DNA from: an uncultured Bacilli bacterium
GTDB taxonomy: Bacteria > Bacillota_I > Bacilli_A > RF39 > UBA660
Length of the DNA stretch: 64,000 nucleotides
Assembly: GCA_934102255.1 (NCBI GenBank)
Contig: CAKOSN010000004.1
Coordinates: 29,911-93,910 of the forward strand
Direction: 5' to 3'
Shown: in pieces, positions 35,494-46,080 of the stretch
Layout of the letters: each line of letters begins with the position of its first letter
How positions within the stretch are numbered: the first letter of the stretch is position 1
Notes under the pieces: generated by a model
Database searches by the model: none
Told to the model about the DNA's origin: nothing
The model's input: the letters and a program-made list of their open reading frames with translations, nothing else
Made by a program: the position numbers and the translations under genes

Positions 35494-36222
35494 ATGGAAG
35501 AATGCGTTGAAGGAATTATTTTATATGTAACTCCATTTAAAGAAAGTAGTGAAATATTACAAGTTTTGACAAAAGAATACGGCCTAATAGGCCTTCTTTG
35601 TCGTGGCTCTAAAAAAGTTAAAAGCAAATTTTTAAATAAAACTAGAATATATAATTATGCTAAATTTATCATTAGTTATAAAAAAGAGGGATTATCTTTA
35701 GTAAAAGAAATAGATGTTATTGATTATTTTACTTATTTTCATCAAGACATAACTTTAATAACTTATCTTAGTTATTTAGGCTCTCTTACTTATCAAGTAG
35801 TAAAACAAGATAATAATAAAGAGATACTAAATATACTGCTTACTACCTTAGAAAAAATAAGTAAGGGTTTAGATGCTTTAGTTCTTACTAATATTTTAGA
35901 AATTAAGTATTTAAAGTATTTAGGAATCAACTTGAATTTAAGAAGTTGTATTAAATGTGGTAGCAGTGATAATATTATGACTTTAAATGGTTCTTTAGGT
36001 GGCTTAATTTGCCGTAATTGTTACCAAAAAGAGTATTTAGTAAATAAAAAGACAATCATAATGATAAGAAACTATGCTACTATTGATATTACTAAAATAA
36101 AAGAAATTAAAATTAGTCCTTTAGTTAAAACTGAAATCAACTTATTTTTAAGTAACTATTATGAAACTTTTACCGGATTATACGTTAAAAATAAAGAATT
36201 ATTAAATAAACTAGCAATGTAA
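35494..36222 (+). CDS. recO: DNA repair protein RecO
   Basis: N-terminal OB-fold region (GIILYVTPFKESS.IL.VLT.EYG) and zinc motif CIKCGS...CRNC. Synteny after era supports the call. Confidence 0.85.
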   Translation: MEECVEGIILYVTPFKESSEILQVLTKEYGLIGLLCRGSKKVKSKFLNKTRIYNYAKFIISYKKEGLSLVKEIDVIDYFTYFHQDITLITYLSYLGSLTYQVVKQDNNKEILNILLTTLEKISKGLDALVLTNILEIKYLKYLGINLNLRSCIKCGSSDNIMTLNGSLGGLICRNCYQKEYLVNKKTIIMIRNYATIDITKIKEIKISPLVKTEINLFLSNYYETFTGLYVKNKELLNKLAM

Positions 36223-36268
36223 CCTTGCAAAAAAGGCCAAGTTTTATTATACTAAATGGTGTTAAAGG

Positions 36269-36964
36269 TTGATGGTGGTTGTTTTGGATATAGAAGTAGT
36301 AAGAGCATTAACAGGGGACTATCGTAGTATTGTTATAAGTCGAGAAGGTGTTAAATGTATTAAGTTTAAAGCTAACATAACTCCTCCAGAAGATATAGAG
36401 CCAAAAGAATATTCGACAGACATGATGATTAGAAATATTATTCTTGGTTTTACAAGTCAGGAGCTAGTCTATTGGCAACCAGACTGTGTTAACAGGACTT
36501 TTGACATTATAAGAAGAAAAGACGGTAAAACTTTAAAAATCGAGAGAGCTTTGATAGATAGCGTAGGTAACGAATTATTTAAAATTTTAAGTTATGCCTC
36601 ACTTTGGAGCTTTATGAATATTATTTATGGTGATATTCGTTATCTGGAAGTTACTTTAGATAAAAATGAGATAAGTATAAATGATAAAAGCTCTGATGTT
36701 ACTTGCTATCAGAATTATTATTTTGACAGAAATAGCATTGATATTGTCATAGCTAATATTTTATCAAGAATAAAAAAGCCTGATAACATTAATATTTTTG
36801 AGGATTCTAGTCTGTCAAAAATGGTTGAGTTCAATGCTTTTGGAAAAAGAATTGTTGTTCGTGGCAACGGAGAATGCTTAGCCAGAGTAATTGAATTAGC
36901 AAAAAAATATAAAGAAAGTTTAAATGATAATATGTGTTATCAATTAAAAATGGAAGGATTTTAA
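36269..36964 (+). CDS. hypothetical protein
   Basis: 231-aa ORF (TTG start, uncertain) inserted between recO and glyQS. I recognise no family. Confidence 0.45.
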   Translation: MMVVVLDIEVVRALTGDYRSIVISREGVKCIKFKANITPPEDIEPKEYSTDMMIRNIILGFTSQELVYWQPDCVNRTFDIIRRKDGKTLKIERALIDSVGNELFKILSYASLWSFMNIIYGDIRYLEVTLDKNEISINDKSSDVTCYQNYYFDRNSIDIVIANILSRIKKPDNINIFEDSSLSKMVEFNAFGKRIVVRGNGECLARVIELAKKYKESLNDNMCYQLKMEGF

Positions 36965-36967
36965 AAT

Positions 36968-38353
36968 ATGAAAAATAAAATGGAAGATATAGTTAATTTT
37001 TGTAAACAATATGGATATATATTCCCGGGTAGTGAGATTTATGGTGGTCTTGCTAATACTTGGGATTTCGGCCCTTTAGGAAGAGAATTAAAAGAAAACA
37101 TCAAAAAATGTTGGTGGAAAAAATTTATTGTTGAAAATAAATATAATTATGGCATTGATGCGGCTATTTTAATGAACCCTAATGTTTGGGTTGCCTCAGG
37201 CCACGTTGCTTCATTTGCTGACCCTCTAATTGATTGTCGTAAATGTAAAACTAGAAGTCGTGCTGATAAATTAATTGAAGAATATTTTGCTAAAAACGAT
37301 ATTAGTGGTAGTGCTGACGGTTGGAGTAATGAAGAACTTAGTAACTACATTAAAGAACATAATATTTGTTGTCCAAAATGTGGTGCTTGTGATTTTACGG
37401 ATATTCGTCAGTTTAACTTGCTATTTGAAACTAGTCAAGGTGTAACTGAAGATACTAAAAATAAAATTTATTTACGTGGTGAAACTGCTCAAGGTATCTT
37501 TGTTAACTTCTTAAATGTTCAAAGAACAATGCGTGCTAAAGTACCATTTGGTATTGGTCAAATTGGTAAGAGTTTTAGAAACGAAATAACTCCAGGTAAC
37601 TTTATCTTCCGTGTTCGTGAATTTGAACAAATGGAATTAGAATTTTTCTGTAAACCAGATAGTGATTTAGAATGGTTTGGTTTTTATAAATCATATTGCA
37701 ATAGTTTCTTAAAAGATTTAGGTATTAAGCCAGAAAACTTAAGAAATAGAGACCATGAAAAGCAAGAATTATCATTCTATTCTAAAGCTACAACTGATAT
37801 TGAATATCATTATCCATTCGGTTGGGGTGAATTATGGGGAATTGCTGATAGAACTGATTATGATTTATCAACCCATATGGAACACTCTAAGAAAGATTTA
37901 AGATATATTGACCCTGAAACTAATGAAAGATATTTACCTTATGTTATTGAACCAAGTGTTGGAGTTGAAAGATTATTCCTTGCTGTTTTATGTGATGCCT
38001 ATGAACGTCAAGTTCTAGAAAATGGTGCTGAAAGAGAAGTATTACATCTGTTACCAGCCTTAGCGCCATTTAAAGCAACAATTTTACCATTGGTTAAAAA
38101 AGTTCATAGCGATAAAGCTAGTGAAATTTATTCTGAATTATTAAAAGATTTCTATGTTTCTTATGATGATGCTGGTAGTATTGGTAAACGTTATAGAAGA
38201 TGTGATGCTATTGGTGTTCCTTTCTGTATTACTGTTGATGATGAAACAATTAACGATAATGTTGTTACTGTTCGTAATCGTGATACCATGGAACAAGAAA
38301 AAGTTAAAGTTAGCGACTTAAAAGAATATATCGCAAGAGCAATTAAATTCTAA
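36968..38353 (+). CDS. glyQS: glycine--tRNA ligase (homodimeric type)
   Basis: GYIFPGSEIYGGLANTWDFGPLG, RGETAQGIF, FRNEITP and IEPSVGVERL. Confidence 0.95.
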   Translation: MKNKMEDIVNFCKQYGYIFPGSEIYGGLANTWDFGPLGRELKENIKKCWWKKFIVENKYNYGIDAAILMNPNVWVASGHVASFADPLIDCRKCKTRSRADKLIEEYFAKNDISGSADGWSNEELSNYIKEHNICCPKCGACDFTDIRQFNLLFETSQGVTEDTKNKIYLRGETAQGIFVNFLNVQRTMRAKVPFGIGQIGKSFRNEITPGNFIFRVREFEQMELEFFCKPDSDLEWFGFYKSYCNSFLKDLGIKPENLRNRDHEKQELSFYSKATTDIEYHYPFGWGELWGIADRTDYDLSTHMEHSKKDLRYIDPETNERYLPYVIEPSVGVERLFLAVLCDAYERQVLENGAEREVLHLLPALAPFKATILPLVKKVHSDKASEIYSELLKDFYVSYDDAGSIGKRYRRCDAIGVPFCITVDDETINDNVVTVRNRDTMEQEKVKVSDLKEYIARAIKF

Positions 38354-38425
38354 AAAATCCTAATTTGTAGTTGCTAAATTAAAAACAATTTGATATTATA
38401 AATAAGCACGAAAGTCATAAAAGAA

Positions 38426-38454
38426 TTGCAAAAAGTGCTTATTTTATGTATAAT
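38426..38454 (+). promoter_or_regulatory. sigma-A type promoter upstream of sepF
   Basis: TTGCAA (38426-38431), a 17-nt spacer and TATAAT (38449-38454). Confidence 0.5.
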
Positions 38455-38484
38455 TGTTGTTAGATAAAGTAAGGAGATTTAGTT

Positions 38485-38889
38485 ATGGCTTTAAATTTAA
38501 AGAAAATGATGGGGTTAGATGGTGATGATAGTTCGCTTCAAACTGAAGACGAATTTTATACAGCAACCGAAGAAGAAGCAACAGGCAGTAAAAATGGTGG
38601 CTCAAAAATGATTTTACTTGAACCACGTGCTTACTCAGAATCTCAACAGATTGCTGACCACTTAAAGAAAAGAAATAGTGTAGTTGTTAACTTGAAAAGA
38701 GTAACTTCTGACCAAGCTAAAAGAATTATTGATTTTTTAAGTGGCTGTATCTACGCCATAGGTGGTACCATGCAAAAAGTTGGTGTTGGTATTTATTTAT
38801 GTGCACCTAAAAATGTAAATGTACAAGGAAAAATCACGGAAGATTCATCAGTTGCCGATGAAGAAGCAAATGAGGAAGTGAAGTGGTAA
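38485..38889 (+). CDS. sepF: cell division protein SepF
   Basis: [31 protein letters not shown]....[23 protein letters not shown]. Confidence 0.9.
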   Translation: MALNLKKMMGLDGDDSSLQTEDEFYTATEEEATGSKNGGSKMILLEPRAYSESQQIADHLKKRNSVVVNLKRVTSDQAKRIIDFLSGCIYAIGGTMQKVGVGIYLCAPKNVNVQGKITEDSSVADEEANEEVKW

Positions 38890-38915
38890 TTTAATAAAAA
38901 TTGAGGTGGGGGATT

Positions 38916-39368
38916 ATGCCTAAAACGTTTGGGATGTCTTTTTATGGCTATAATAAAAATGAAGTTAATGAGTTTATAAACAATGTAACTAATGAGTACG
39001 AAAGTATGTTAGAAAAGCTAAAAAAAACTAATGAAGAAATGAAAAAACTTAGAGATGACAATATTAAATTGCAAAGTGAAGTAGAGCAATATAAAAATAT
39101 TGAAGGAACTCTAAGAAGAACATTGGTACTTGCGGAAGAATCTAATCAAACCATAAGAAAATCTGCTAATGATGAATCTCAAGCAATAGTGGAAGACGCT
39201 AAGAAAAACGCCTCAAGAATTGTTAATGATGCTTTACTTAAAGCCCAGAAAATACAAGACGATGCTGATGCCATAAAAAGAAGTACGGCAGTGTATCGTA
39301 ATCGTATGATAAACATAATGAAAGAACAAAAAGAACTATTAGATAAATATGAAGATATTGAATACTAA
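38916..39368 (+). CDS. divIVA: DivIVA-domain protein
   Basis: F....GYNKNEVNEFI followed by a coiled coil. GAGGTGGGGG RBS precedes ATG 38916. Confidence 0.8.
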   Translation: MPKTFGMSFYGYNKNEVNEFINNVTNEYESMLEKLKKTNEEMKKLRDDNIKLQSEVEQYKNIEGTLRRTLVLAEESNQTIRKSANDESQAIVEDAKKNASRIVNDALLKAQKIQDDADAIKRSTAVYRNRMINIMKEQKELLDKYEDIEY

Positions 39369-39430
39369 GTCTTCGTATTACCTATAGTTCTTTTTTTTAT
39401 ACTTGAAAATATAATTTAGTAGGTGATGAA

Positions 39431-40123
39431 ATGTTAAATTTACTTATTAATTTTATTAAAAGTATCTTTTTATTTACTGGTAGTTACTCTAATACCGTTT
39501 TTAAAGACCCTTTAACTAGTGAAGAAGAAGAAAAATATATAAAACTAATGCAACAAGGGGATAAAGAAGCTAGAAATATTTTAATTGAGCACAATCTTCG
39601 CTTGGTTGCTCACATCGTAAAAAAATTTAATCCACCGATTGGTCTTACTGATGACTTAATTAGCATTGGTACCATAGGTTTAATTAAAGGCGTCGATTCT
39701 TACCAAAGTGGTAAAAATATAAAAATAACAACCTATGCAGCTCGTTGCATTGAAAATGAAATTTTAATGTATTATCGTTCCTCTCGAAAATTTCAAAACA
39801 CCGTATCTTTAGATGATTATATTGGCACTGATAAAGAAGGTAACAAAATTAATTTAAAAGATGTTATCAAAGATAAAAGTAAGCCTATCGAAGAGGAATT
39901 GTATTTAAAAGATAATATTAACCTATTAAAACAGTTCATTACTAAATTAAATAAAAGAGAACAAGATATCATTATAAAAAGATATGGTCTTAATAATAAA
40001 AAAGCCATGACTCAAAAAGAGATAGCCAAAGAAATGCATATTTCCAGGAGTTATGTTTCCCGAATTGAAAAAAGAGCAATTAGTAAAATTTTACGAGAAT
40101 TTATTAAGAAGAATAAAGATTAA
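39431..40123 (+). CDS. sigK: sporulation sigma factor SigK (pro-sigma, uninterrupted)
   Basis: Hydrophobic pro-sequence, then PLTSEEEEKYIKLMQQGD, IEHNLRLVAHIVKKF, TYAARCIENEILM, DKEGNKINLKDV and ISRSYVSRIEKRA. These match B. subtilis SigK rather than SigE. Confidence 0.85.
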   Translation: MLNLLINFIKSIFLFTGSYSNTVFKDPLTSEEEEKYIKLMQQGDKEARNILIEHNLRLVAHIVKKFNPPIGLTDDLISIGTIGLIKGVDSYQSGKNIKITTYAARCIENEILMYYRSSRKFQNTVSLDDYIGTDKEGNKINLKDVIKDKSKPIEEELYLKDNINLLKQFITKLNKREQDIIIKRYGLNNKKAMTQKEIAKEMHISRSYVSRIEKRAISKILREFIKKNKD

Positions 40124-40150
40124 TAGACTTAAAAATAAAATTATAAAAAA

Positions 40151-40453
40151 CTAAAACCCATTTTTTCTTTTAACTAAGCTTAAAATATCGTTATTGTTAA
40201 AAGATGATAGATAATTATAGAGAGTACAATCATTACCCGGCTTACTTATATTTCTAATGCTTTTGATAACAATAGTTATTCTTTGAAAATTTAAAAATAA
40301 GTCATTACCATTTTTAGTATAACTAACTAAATTACCATAATCCTTAAATAATATATTATGTATTACTTCTTTATCTGTTGTCTTTTTAGTAAATCCTTGG
40401 TATTTAATAACATAATGATTTTTATTAATACTAATCTCAATCTTATCTAACAT
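40151..40453 (-). CDS. hypothetical protein
   Basis: 100-aa ORF on the opposite strand between sigK and deoD. I recognise no family. Confidence 0.4.
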   Translation of the reverse strand: MLDKIEISINKNHYVIKYQGFTKKTTDKEVIHNILFKDYGNLVSYTKNGNDLFLNFQRITIVIKSIRNISKPGNDCTLYNYLSSFNNNDILSLVKRKNGF

Positions 40454-40648
40454 CGTTTAAGTAACTAATTCCTTTCTATAAATCGAAAAAATGCTTTTCT
40501 AAGTTAGAAAACTATTTTATTTGTATAGCTTACAAGAAAGAAATTGGTTTGTAAAGGTGTTTTTTTAAAAAATAAACCATTTTTTGCAAGTTTTAGTTTT
40601 ATTATTAGTAAATTTAGGCTATAATGTAATCATAGGAGGATAGAAAAA

Positions 40649-41380
40649 ATGAAACCACAAGAAGAGCCTATTCACATTAAAGTAAAAAATAAAAAAGATA
40701 TAGCTCCCTTAGTCTTAATGCCAGGGGACCCCTTAAGAGCTAAATATATTGCTGAAAAGTTTTTAAAAGACACTAAACTAGTTACTAGTGTTCGTAATAT
40801 GTTTGGCTTTACAGGAACTTATAAAGGTCATGAAGTAACCATTATGGGTAGTGGTATGGGTATGCCTAGTATGAGTATTTATGCGTTTGAATTATTTTAC
40901 TATTTTAATGTCGAAAAAATTATTCGTATCGGTACTTGCGGCGTTGTAACTAAAGATATTAATGTTCCAGAGTTAATACTTGCTGATAACATCTTCAGTT
41001 TATCAAACTTTGCTTACAATTATGACGGTTATGATAAAAATATGGTTTATCCAAGTAAAAAATTAAATGAAAATATTATAGCAACTGCCAAAGAACAAGA
41101 TAAGAAATTACATGTTGGCACCATGCTTACTTGCGATGCTTTCGGTCCTTATATCAATATGGATAATGTTTTAAAAAGAATTCCTGATGATGTAAAACCA
41201 ATCGCTGAGGAAATGGAAGCATATGCCCTTGTTCACGTTGCTAACTCATTTAAAAAAGAAGCTACCGCTATTGTAACTGCCGTTGATTCTAAATTTAGTG
41301 ATGTTGTTTTACCAATCGAAGACCGTGAAAAATCACTTGATGACATGATTACATTAGCACTCGATGCGATAATAAAATAA
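40649..41380 (+). CDS. deoD: purine nucleoside phosphorylase, DeoD type
   Basis: LMPGDPLRAKYIAEKFL, GSGMGMPSMSIY and EMEAYAL. Confidence 0.9.
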   Translation: MKPQEEPIHIKVKNKKDIAPLVLMPGDPLRAKYIAEKFLKDTKLVTSVRNMFGFTGTYKGHEVTIMGSGMGMPSMSIYAFELFYYFNVEKIIRIGTCGVVTKDINVPELILADNIFSLSNFAYNYDGYDKNMVYPSKKLNENIIATAKEQDKKLHVGTMLTCDAFGPYINMDNVLKRIPDDVKPIAEEMEAYALVHVANSFKKEATAIVTAVDSKFSDVVLPIEDREKSLDDMITLALDAIIK

Positions 41381-41445
41381 AAAGGGTAGTTGGCAAGCAC
41401 CAACTTGAATTATAGGTCTTAAGGCCTATTTTTTTAGGACAAATT

Positions 41446-42318
41446 ATGTTAAAAGAATTTGAAAATTATTTAAAAAACGTAAAAAAATATAGTATAAATA
41501 CAGTAAATAGTTATGTAAGTGATATAAATATATTTATTTCTTATTTAAGTGTTGAAAAAGTAAATTATAAAAATATAAATCGAGATATTATTCGTAGTTA
41601 TTTAAAATATTTAGATGAAAATAACTATAAAAGTAGTAGTATTAATCGTATCTTAAGTAGTCTTAATGACTATTATAATTACTTAGTAAAAAATAAAATT
41701 ATAAAATATAATTATTTTAATGATATAAATAGACCTCGAAAAGAAAAAAAGTTACCTAATTTTATTAATTATGCTGAATATATGAATTTAATTAGTACCA
41801 TTGAAAAAGAAGATAATGCTTATTTAAGACTAAGAAACCTTCTTTTATTAGAAATATTATTTGATACCGGTTTACGTGTTAGTGAGGCCGTTAATATTAA
41901 AATAAAAGATATTGATTTTAAAAATCATAGTATTAAAGTTTTAGGAAAAGGGAGTAAAGAAAGAATAGTTTACTTTGGGGATTATGCATCTAATTATTTA
42001 GAAGAATATCTTAGTTTAAGAGAAGGTATTAAATCATCAGACGATGAATACTTATTTTGGAATAAGAACTATCAAAAACTAACGAGAAGAGGGGCTGAGT
42101 ATTTAATAAATAATATTGCTAAAAAAGCTTTATTAAAACAGAAAATAACTCCCCATACTCTAAGGCATACTTTTGCAACCGAGATGTTAAATAACGGCTG
42201 CGATATAAGAAGTGTTCAAGAGCTACTTGGTCATAAATCATTATCAACAACTGGTATCTATACTCATGTTACTAACGAAGTAGTAAGAGAAGAGTATTTA
42301 AAAGCTTTTAAAAGATAG
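41446..42318 (+). CDS. tyrosine recombinase XerC/XerD family
   Basis: Core-binding domain plus the catalytic region (GLRVSEA, TPHTLRHTFATEML, LLGHKSLSTTGIYTHV). Confidence 0.9.
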   Translation: MLKEFENYLKNVKKYSINTVNSYVSDINIFISYLSVEKVNYKNINRDIIRSYLKYLDENNYKSSSINRILSSLNDYYNYLVKNKIIKYNYFNDINRPRKEKKLPNFINYAEYMNLISTIEKEDNAYLRLRNLLLLEILFDTGLRVSEAVNIKIKDIDFKNHSIKVLGKGSKERIVYFGDYASNYLEEYLSLREGIKSSDDEYLFWNKNYQKLTRRGAEYLINNIAKKALLKQKITPHTLRHTFATEMLNNGCDIRSVQELLGHKSLSTTGIYTHVTNEVVREEYLKAFKR

Positions 42319-42408
42319 CTTAAATAACTTTATAAAAAATACCCAAAAATTAGTGGTAAAAGTAAGAAAAAAATGCTATATTTAATTAGAATAGAAGGAG
42401 AATAAAAA

Positions 42409-45036
42409 ATGGAAAAATTTGTGTATGACTTCAGTGAAGGCACAAAAGACATGAAAGAACTACTAGGTGGTAAAGGCTCAAATTTAGCTTGTATGAAAAA
42501 TCTAGGCTTACCAGTTCCGGACGGTTTTATTGTAACTACTGAGGCTTGTAATAAATACTATGAGGAAAATGAAGTTATTTCAGCAAGTATTGAAGAAGAA
42601 ATTAATAATCATTTAGCATCTTTAGAACAAAAAACAGGAAAAATCTTAGGCGATGTAAATAATCCTTTATTAGTATCAGTAAGAAGTGGTGCTAGAAGTA
42701 GTATGCCTGGTATGATGGATACTATTTTAAATTTAGGTCTTAATGATGAGGTAGCAGCATCTTTTGCGAAAATAACTAATAATGAAAGATTTGTATATGA
42801 CTCATATCGTCGTTTAATTATGATGTTTGCTGATGTAGTTATGGGTAAAGATAAAAGTATCTTTGAAGAATATTTGACTAATTATAAGAAAGAACATGGT
42901 TATCAAAATGATACTGATTTGACTGGTACCGATTGGCATAACATAGCTATAAAATATAAAGAAATGTACCAAGAACTTACTGGCGAAGCTTTTCCTAGTG
43001 ATACAACTCGTCAATTAATAATGGCCGTTGGTGCTGTCTTTAAATCATGGAATAATAGTCGTGCTATATATTATCGTAAGATTAATAATATTCCTGATGA
43101 TTGGGGTACAGCTGTTAATATTCAAGCCATGGTTTATGGTAATAAAAATAATAATTCTGGTACTGGTGTTGCCTTTAGTAGAAGCCCAGTTAATGGTGAA
43201 GCTAAATTATTTGGCGAATATTTAATTAATGCTCAAGGTGAAGATGTTGTTGCGGGCGTTAGAACTCCTCAAAGTATCGAAACCTTAAAAAATATTATGC
43301 CAGACGTTTATGAAGAGTTTGTTAAAACCGCTAAAATTTTAGAAGATTACTATAAAGACATGCAAGATATGGAGTTTACAATCGAAGATGGCAAACTTTA
43401 TATGCTTCAAACTAGAAATGGTAAGAGAACTGGTCTAGCTGCCGTTAATATTGCTACTTCCTTAGTTCGTGAAGGCAAGATTAGTATGGAAGAAGCTATT
43501 AGAAGAGTAAGCGTAGATGATATTACGCAAGCTTTGCATCCCGTCTTTAAAACTGATAGTCTAGAAAAAGCTACTTTAATTGGTAATGGTCTTGCTGCCA
43601 GTCCAGGAGCGGCTTGTGGAGAAATTGTTTTCGATGCTAGCATTGCGATTAAAAAATCTAAAGAAGGCATTAAAACAGTCTTAGTTCGTCATGAAACTAG
43701 TCCTGAGGATATCGAAGGTATGCATTATGCCCAAGGGGTTTTAACTATTCGTGGTGGTATGACTTCGCATGCTGCTGTTGTAGCTCGTGGTATGGGTATT
43801 TGCTGTGTAAGTGGTTGTGGTAATATGGATATTACTGATAATACTTTAATTACTAAAGATAAAGAAATCTTACACGAAGGCGATATAATCTCAATCGACG
43901 GTACAACTGGTAATGTTTATAAAGGCGAAGTTGAATTAGAAAGTGCTAGTAACAATACTTCTATAAATGAACTTTTAACTATGTGTGATGCCATTAAAAA
44001 CTTAGGTGTCCGCGCTAATGCTGATACTAAAAAAGACATGGAAATTGCTAAAAACTTTGGGGCTGAGGGTATTGGCTTAGTTCGAACTGAACATATGTTC
44101 TTCGAAAAAGAAAGAATCTTTAAATTTAGACAAATGATATTAGCAAATGATAAAAAGACCCGCTTACAAGCTTTAGTATCTTTATTACCATATCAAGAAA
44201 AAGACTTTGAAGAACTATATCGTCTAAATTCTGGTTTACCCGTTGTTATTCGTTATTTAGACCCACCATTACATGAATTCTTACCAAAAGAAGAAGAGGA
44301 AATAAAAGAATTAGCGGTCTCTTTAAATACAACTGTTGCTGACTTAAAATTAAAAATAGATAGTCTAAAAGAATTTAACCCAATGATGGGACACCGTGGT
44401 TCTAGACTTGATATAACTTATCCAGAAATAGCCGTAATGCAAACTAACGCTGTTATCAGCGCCGCATGTAATGTTAAAAAAGAAGGTATTAATCCAGTTG
44501 TTGAAATCATGTTGCCACTTATTATGGATAAAAAAGAATTTATCTATATAAAAGATATCGTTGAAAAAGAAATAAAACGTGTTCTTGCTAAAAAAGGTAT
44601 GCAAATTGATTATCAAATAGGTGCAATGATTGAAGTACCAAGAGCTGCTATTCTAGCTGATGAATTAGCAAGCGTTTGTGATTTCTTCTCATTTGGAACC
44701 AATGACCTAACTCAGTTAACTTTCGGTTTCTCAAGAGATGATGCTGCTAAATTCTTAAAAGATTATTATAATAAAAATATTTTAAGTCATGACCCTTTCA
44801 TGAGTCTTGATACTAATGGTGTTGGTACTCTTGTTAAAATTGCCACACAAATGTCTAAGAGTATTAAACCTAATATTTCGCTAGGTGTTTGTGGTGAACA
44901 TGCTGCTGATGAAAAATCTATCGAGTTCTTTGATAAGATTGGTCTTTCTTATATTTCGGCCTCAGCTTATCGTGTTCCTGTTGCTAAACTAGCCGCTGCC
45001 AAAGCCGCTTTAGCTAATAGTAAAGATATAGCTTAG
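42409..45036 (+). CDS. ppdK: pyruvate, phosphate dikinase
   Basis: LLGGKGSNLACM, the catalytic His region GGMTSHAAVVARGMG and the C-terminal PEP-utilizing domain (GTNDLTQ, CGEHA). Confidence 0.95.
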   Translation: MEKFVYDFSEGTKDMKELLGGKGSNLACMKNLGLPVPDGFIVTTEACNKYYEENEVISASIEEEINNHLASLEQKTGKILGDVNNPLLVSVRSGARSSMPGMMDTILNLGLNDEVAASFAKITNNERFVYDSYRRLIMMFADVVMGKDKSIFEEYLTNYKKEHGYQNDTDLTGTDWHNIAIKYKEMYQELTGEAFPSDTTRQLIMAVGAVFKSWNNSRAIYYRKINNIPDDWGTAVNIQAMVYGNKNNNSGTGVAFSRSPVNGEAKLFGEYLINAQGEDVVAGVRTPQSIETLKNIMPDVYEEFVKTAKILEDYYKDMQDMEFTIEDGKLYMLQTRNGKRTGLAAVNIATSLVREGKISMEEAIRRVSVDDITQALHPVFKTDSLEKATLIGNGLAASPGAACGEIVFDASIAIKKSKEGIKTVLVRHETSPEDIEGMHYAQGVLTIRGGMTSHAAVVARGMGICCVSGCGNMDITDNTLITKDKEILHEGDIISIDGTTGNVYKGEVELESASNNTSINELLTMCDAIKNLGVRANADTKKDMEIAKNFGAEGIGLVRTEHMFFEKERIFKFRQMILANDKKTRLQALVSLLPYQEKDFEELYRLNSGLPVVIRYLDPPLHEFLPKEEEEIKELAVSLNTTVADLKLKIDSLKEFNPMMGHRGSRLDITYPEIAVMQTNAVISAACNVKKEGINPVVEIMLPLIMDKKEFIYIKDIVEKEIKRVLAKKGMQIDYQIGAMIEVPRAAILADELASVCDFFSFGTNDLTQLTFGFSRDDAAKFLKDYYNKNILSHDPFMSLDTNGVGTLVKIATQMSKSIKPNISLGVCGEHAADEKSIEFFDKIGLSYISASAYRVPVAKLAAAKAALANSKDIA

Positions 45037-45174
45037 TAAAAATATTCTTAAAAAAGTAATTGTTTAAAATTAAGTATCACCAAATTATGTAAAATAAAAT
45101 GGTCTGGTACTTTTTTTATTCTCAAAAATATAGTATAATTTTTAGTATGAATATAAAGATAAATGGAGGAAAAT

Positions 45175-46080
45175 ATGATTAAAACTTTATCATTAGGTCA
45201 AGCAAATTATGATATATATGTAAGTGTAGATGATTACCCTAAAGAAGGGACTAAGCAAAGATTTATTAATAAGATTGGCTGTGGCGGTGGTACAGCTTGC
45301 AACGTAGCTTATATGTTAGCTAAGTGGGGTGTTTCATCAACTTTTGCAGGTGTTGTTGGAAATGACGTCTATGGCAATAGAGTTCGTAAAGAATTAGAAA
45401 GTGCTGGCGTTGATACCAGATATATAGAAACTTCTTATGAAAAAGATACGGTCTTATCTTTTGTGCTAGTAGATAATAAAAACAAAGTACCAACCTCTTT
45501 TGATGTTGCTGATGAGTTCGTTAAACTAAAAAAGTTCGATTTTGATTTTCAACCAGATTTAGTTATTTTAGACGGCAATGATACTTATGCTTCTAAATCA
45601 ACAATCGAACGCTTTCCAAAAGCTGTTACCGTATTAAGAGCTACTAGATTTAATCAAGATATTGCTAATTTAGCTATCAAAGTAAATTATTTAATTTGCT
45701 CATTAGACTTTGTTAGTGGTCATTTAAAGATGCCAGTTGACGGTAATAATGTTCAAAGTTTAGTTAATGCTTATACTGAGTTACGTAACCGTTACGAACA
45801 CCAAAATATCATTATCACTTTAGGAGCTAATGGTGCTATGTATATGGTAGATGACCAAATAAAAATTTCTCCAACTTTAAAAATGGATATTGTTGATACA
45901 TCTGGTTGCGGTGATATATTTACAGGTGCTTTTAGTTACGGGATTGCTAGTAGCTTTACATTAGAAAAATCTATTAAATATGGTAATATTGCTGCTGGTT
46001 TGGCAACTAGAGTTGTTGGTGGTCGTCTTTCAATTCCTAAACTTGATGAGGTAAACAAAATTTATGAGAAAAATAATTGA
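45175..46080 (+). CDS. PfkB-family carbohydrate kinase
   Basis: GGGTACNVA and the C-terminal DTSGCGDIFTGAF signature. GGAGG RBS precedes ATG 45175. Confidence 0.8.
   Translation: MIKTLSLGQANYDIYVSVDDYPKEGTKQRFINKIGCGGGTACNVAYMLAKWGVSSTFAGVVGNDVYGNRVRKELESAGVDTRYIETSYEKDTVLSFVLVDNKNKVPTSFDVADEFVKLKKFDFDFQPDLVILDGNDTYASKSTIERFPKAVTVLRATRFNQDIANLAIKVNYLICSLDFVSGHLKMPVDGNNVQSLVNAYTELRNRYEHQNIIITLGANGAMYMVDDQIKISPTLKMDIVDTSGCGDIFTGAFSYGIASSFTLEKSIKYGNIAAGLATRVVGGRLSIPKLDEVNKIYEKNN

Noticed and set aside
39431-40123. Calling the sigma factor after divIVA as SigE
   Set aside because: The motif comparison favours SigK (HNLRLVAHIVKKF and SRSYVSRIEKRA, against ERNLRLVVYIARKF and SQSYISRLEKRI in SigE).
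43028-43670. ORFs 43028..43225 (+), 43407..43670 (-), 42814..43014 (-) and 44365..44616 (-) within ppdK
   Set aside because: They overlap a highly conserved housekeeping gene in alternative frames and have no start signals.
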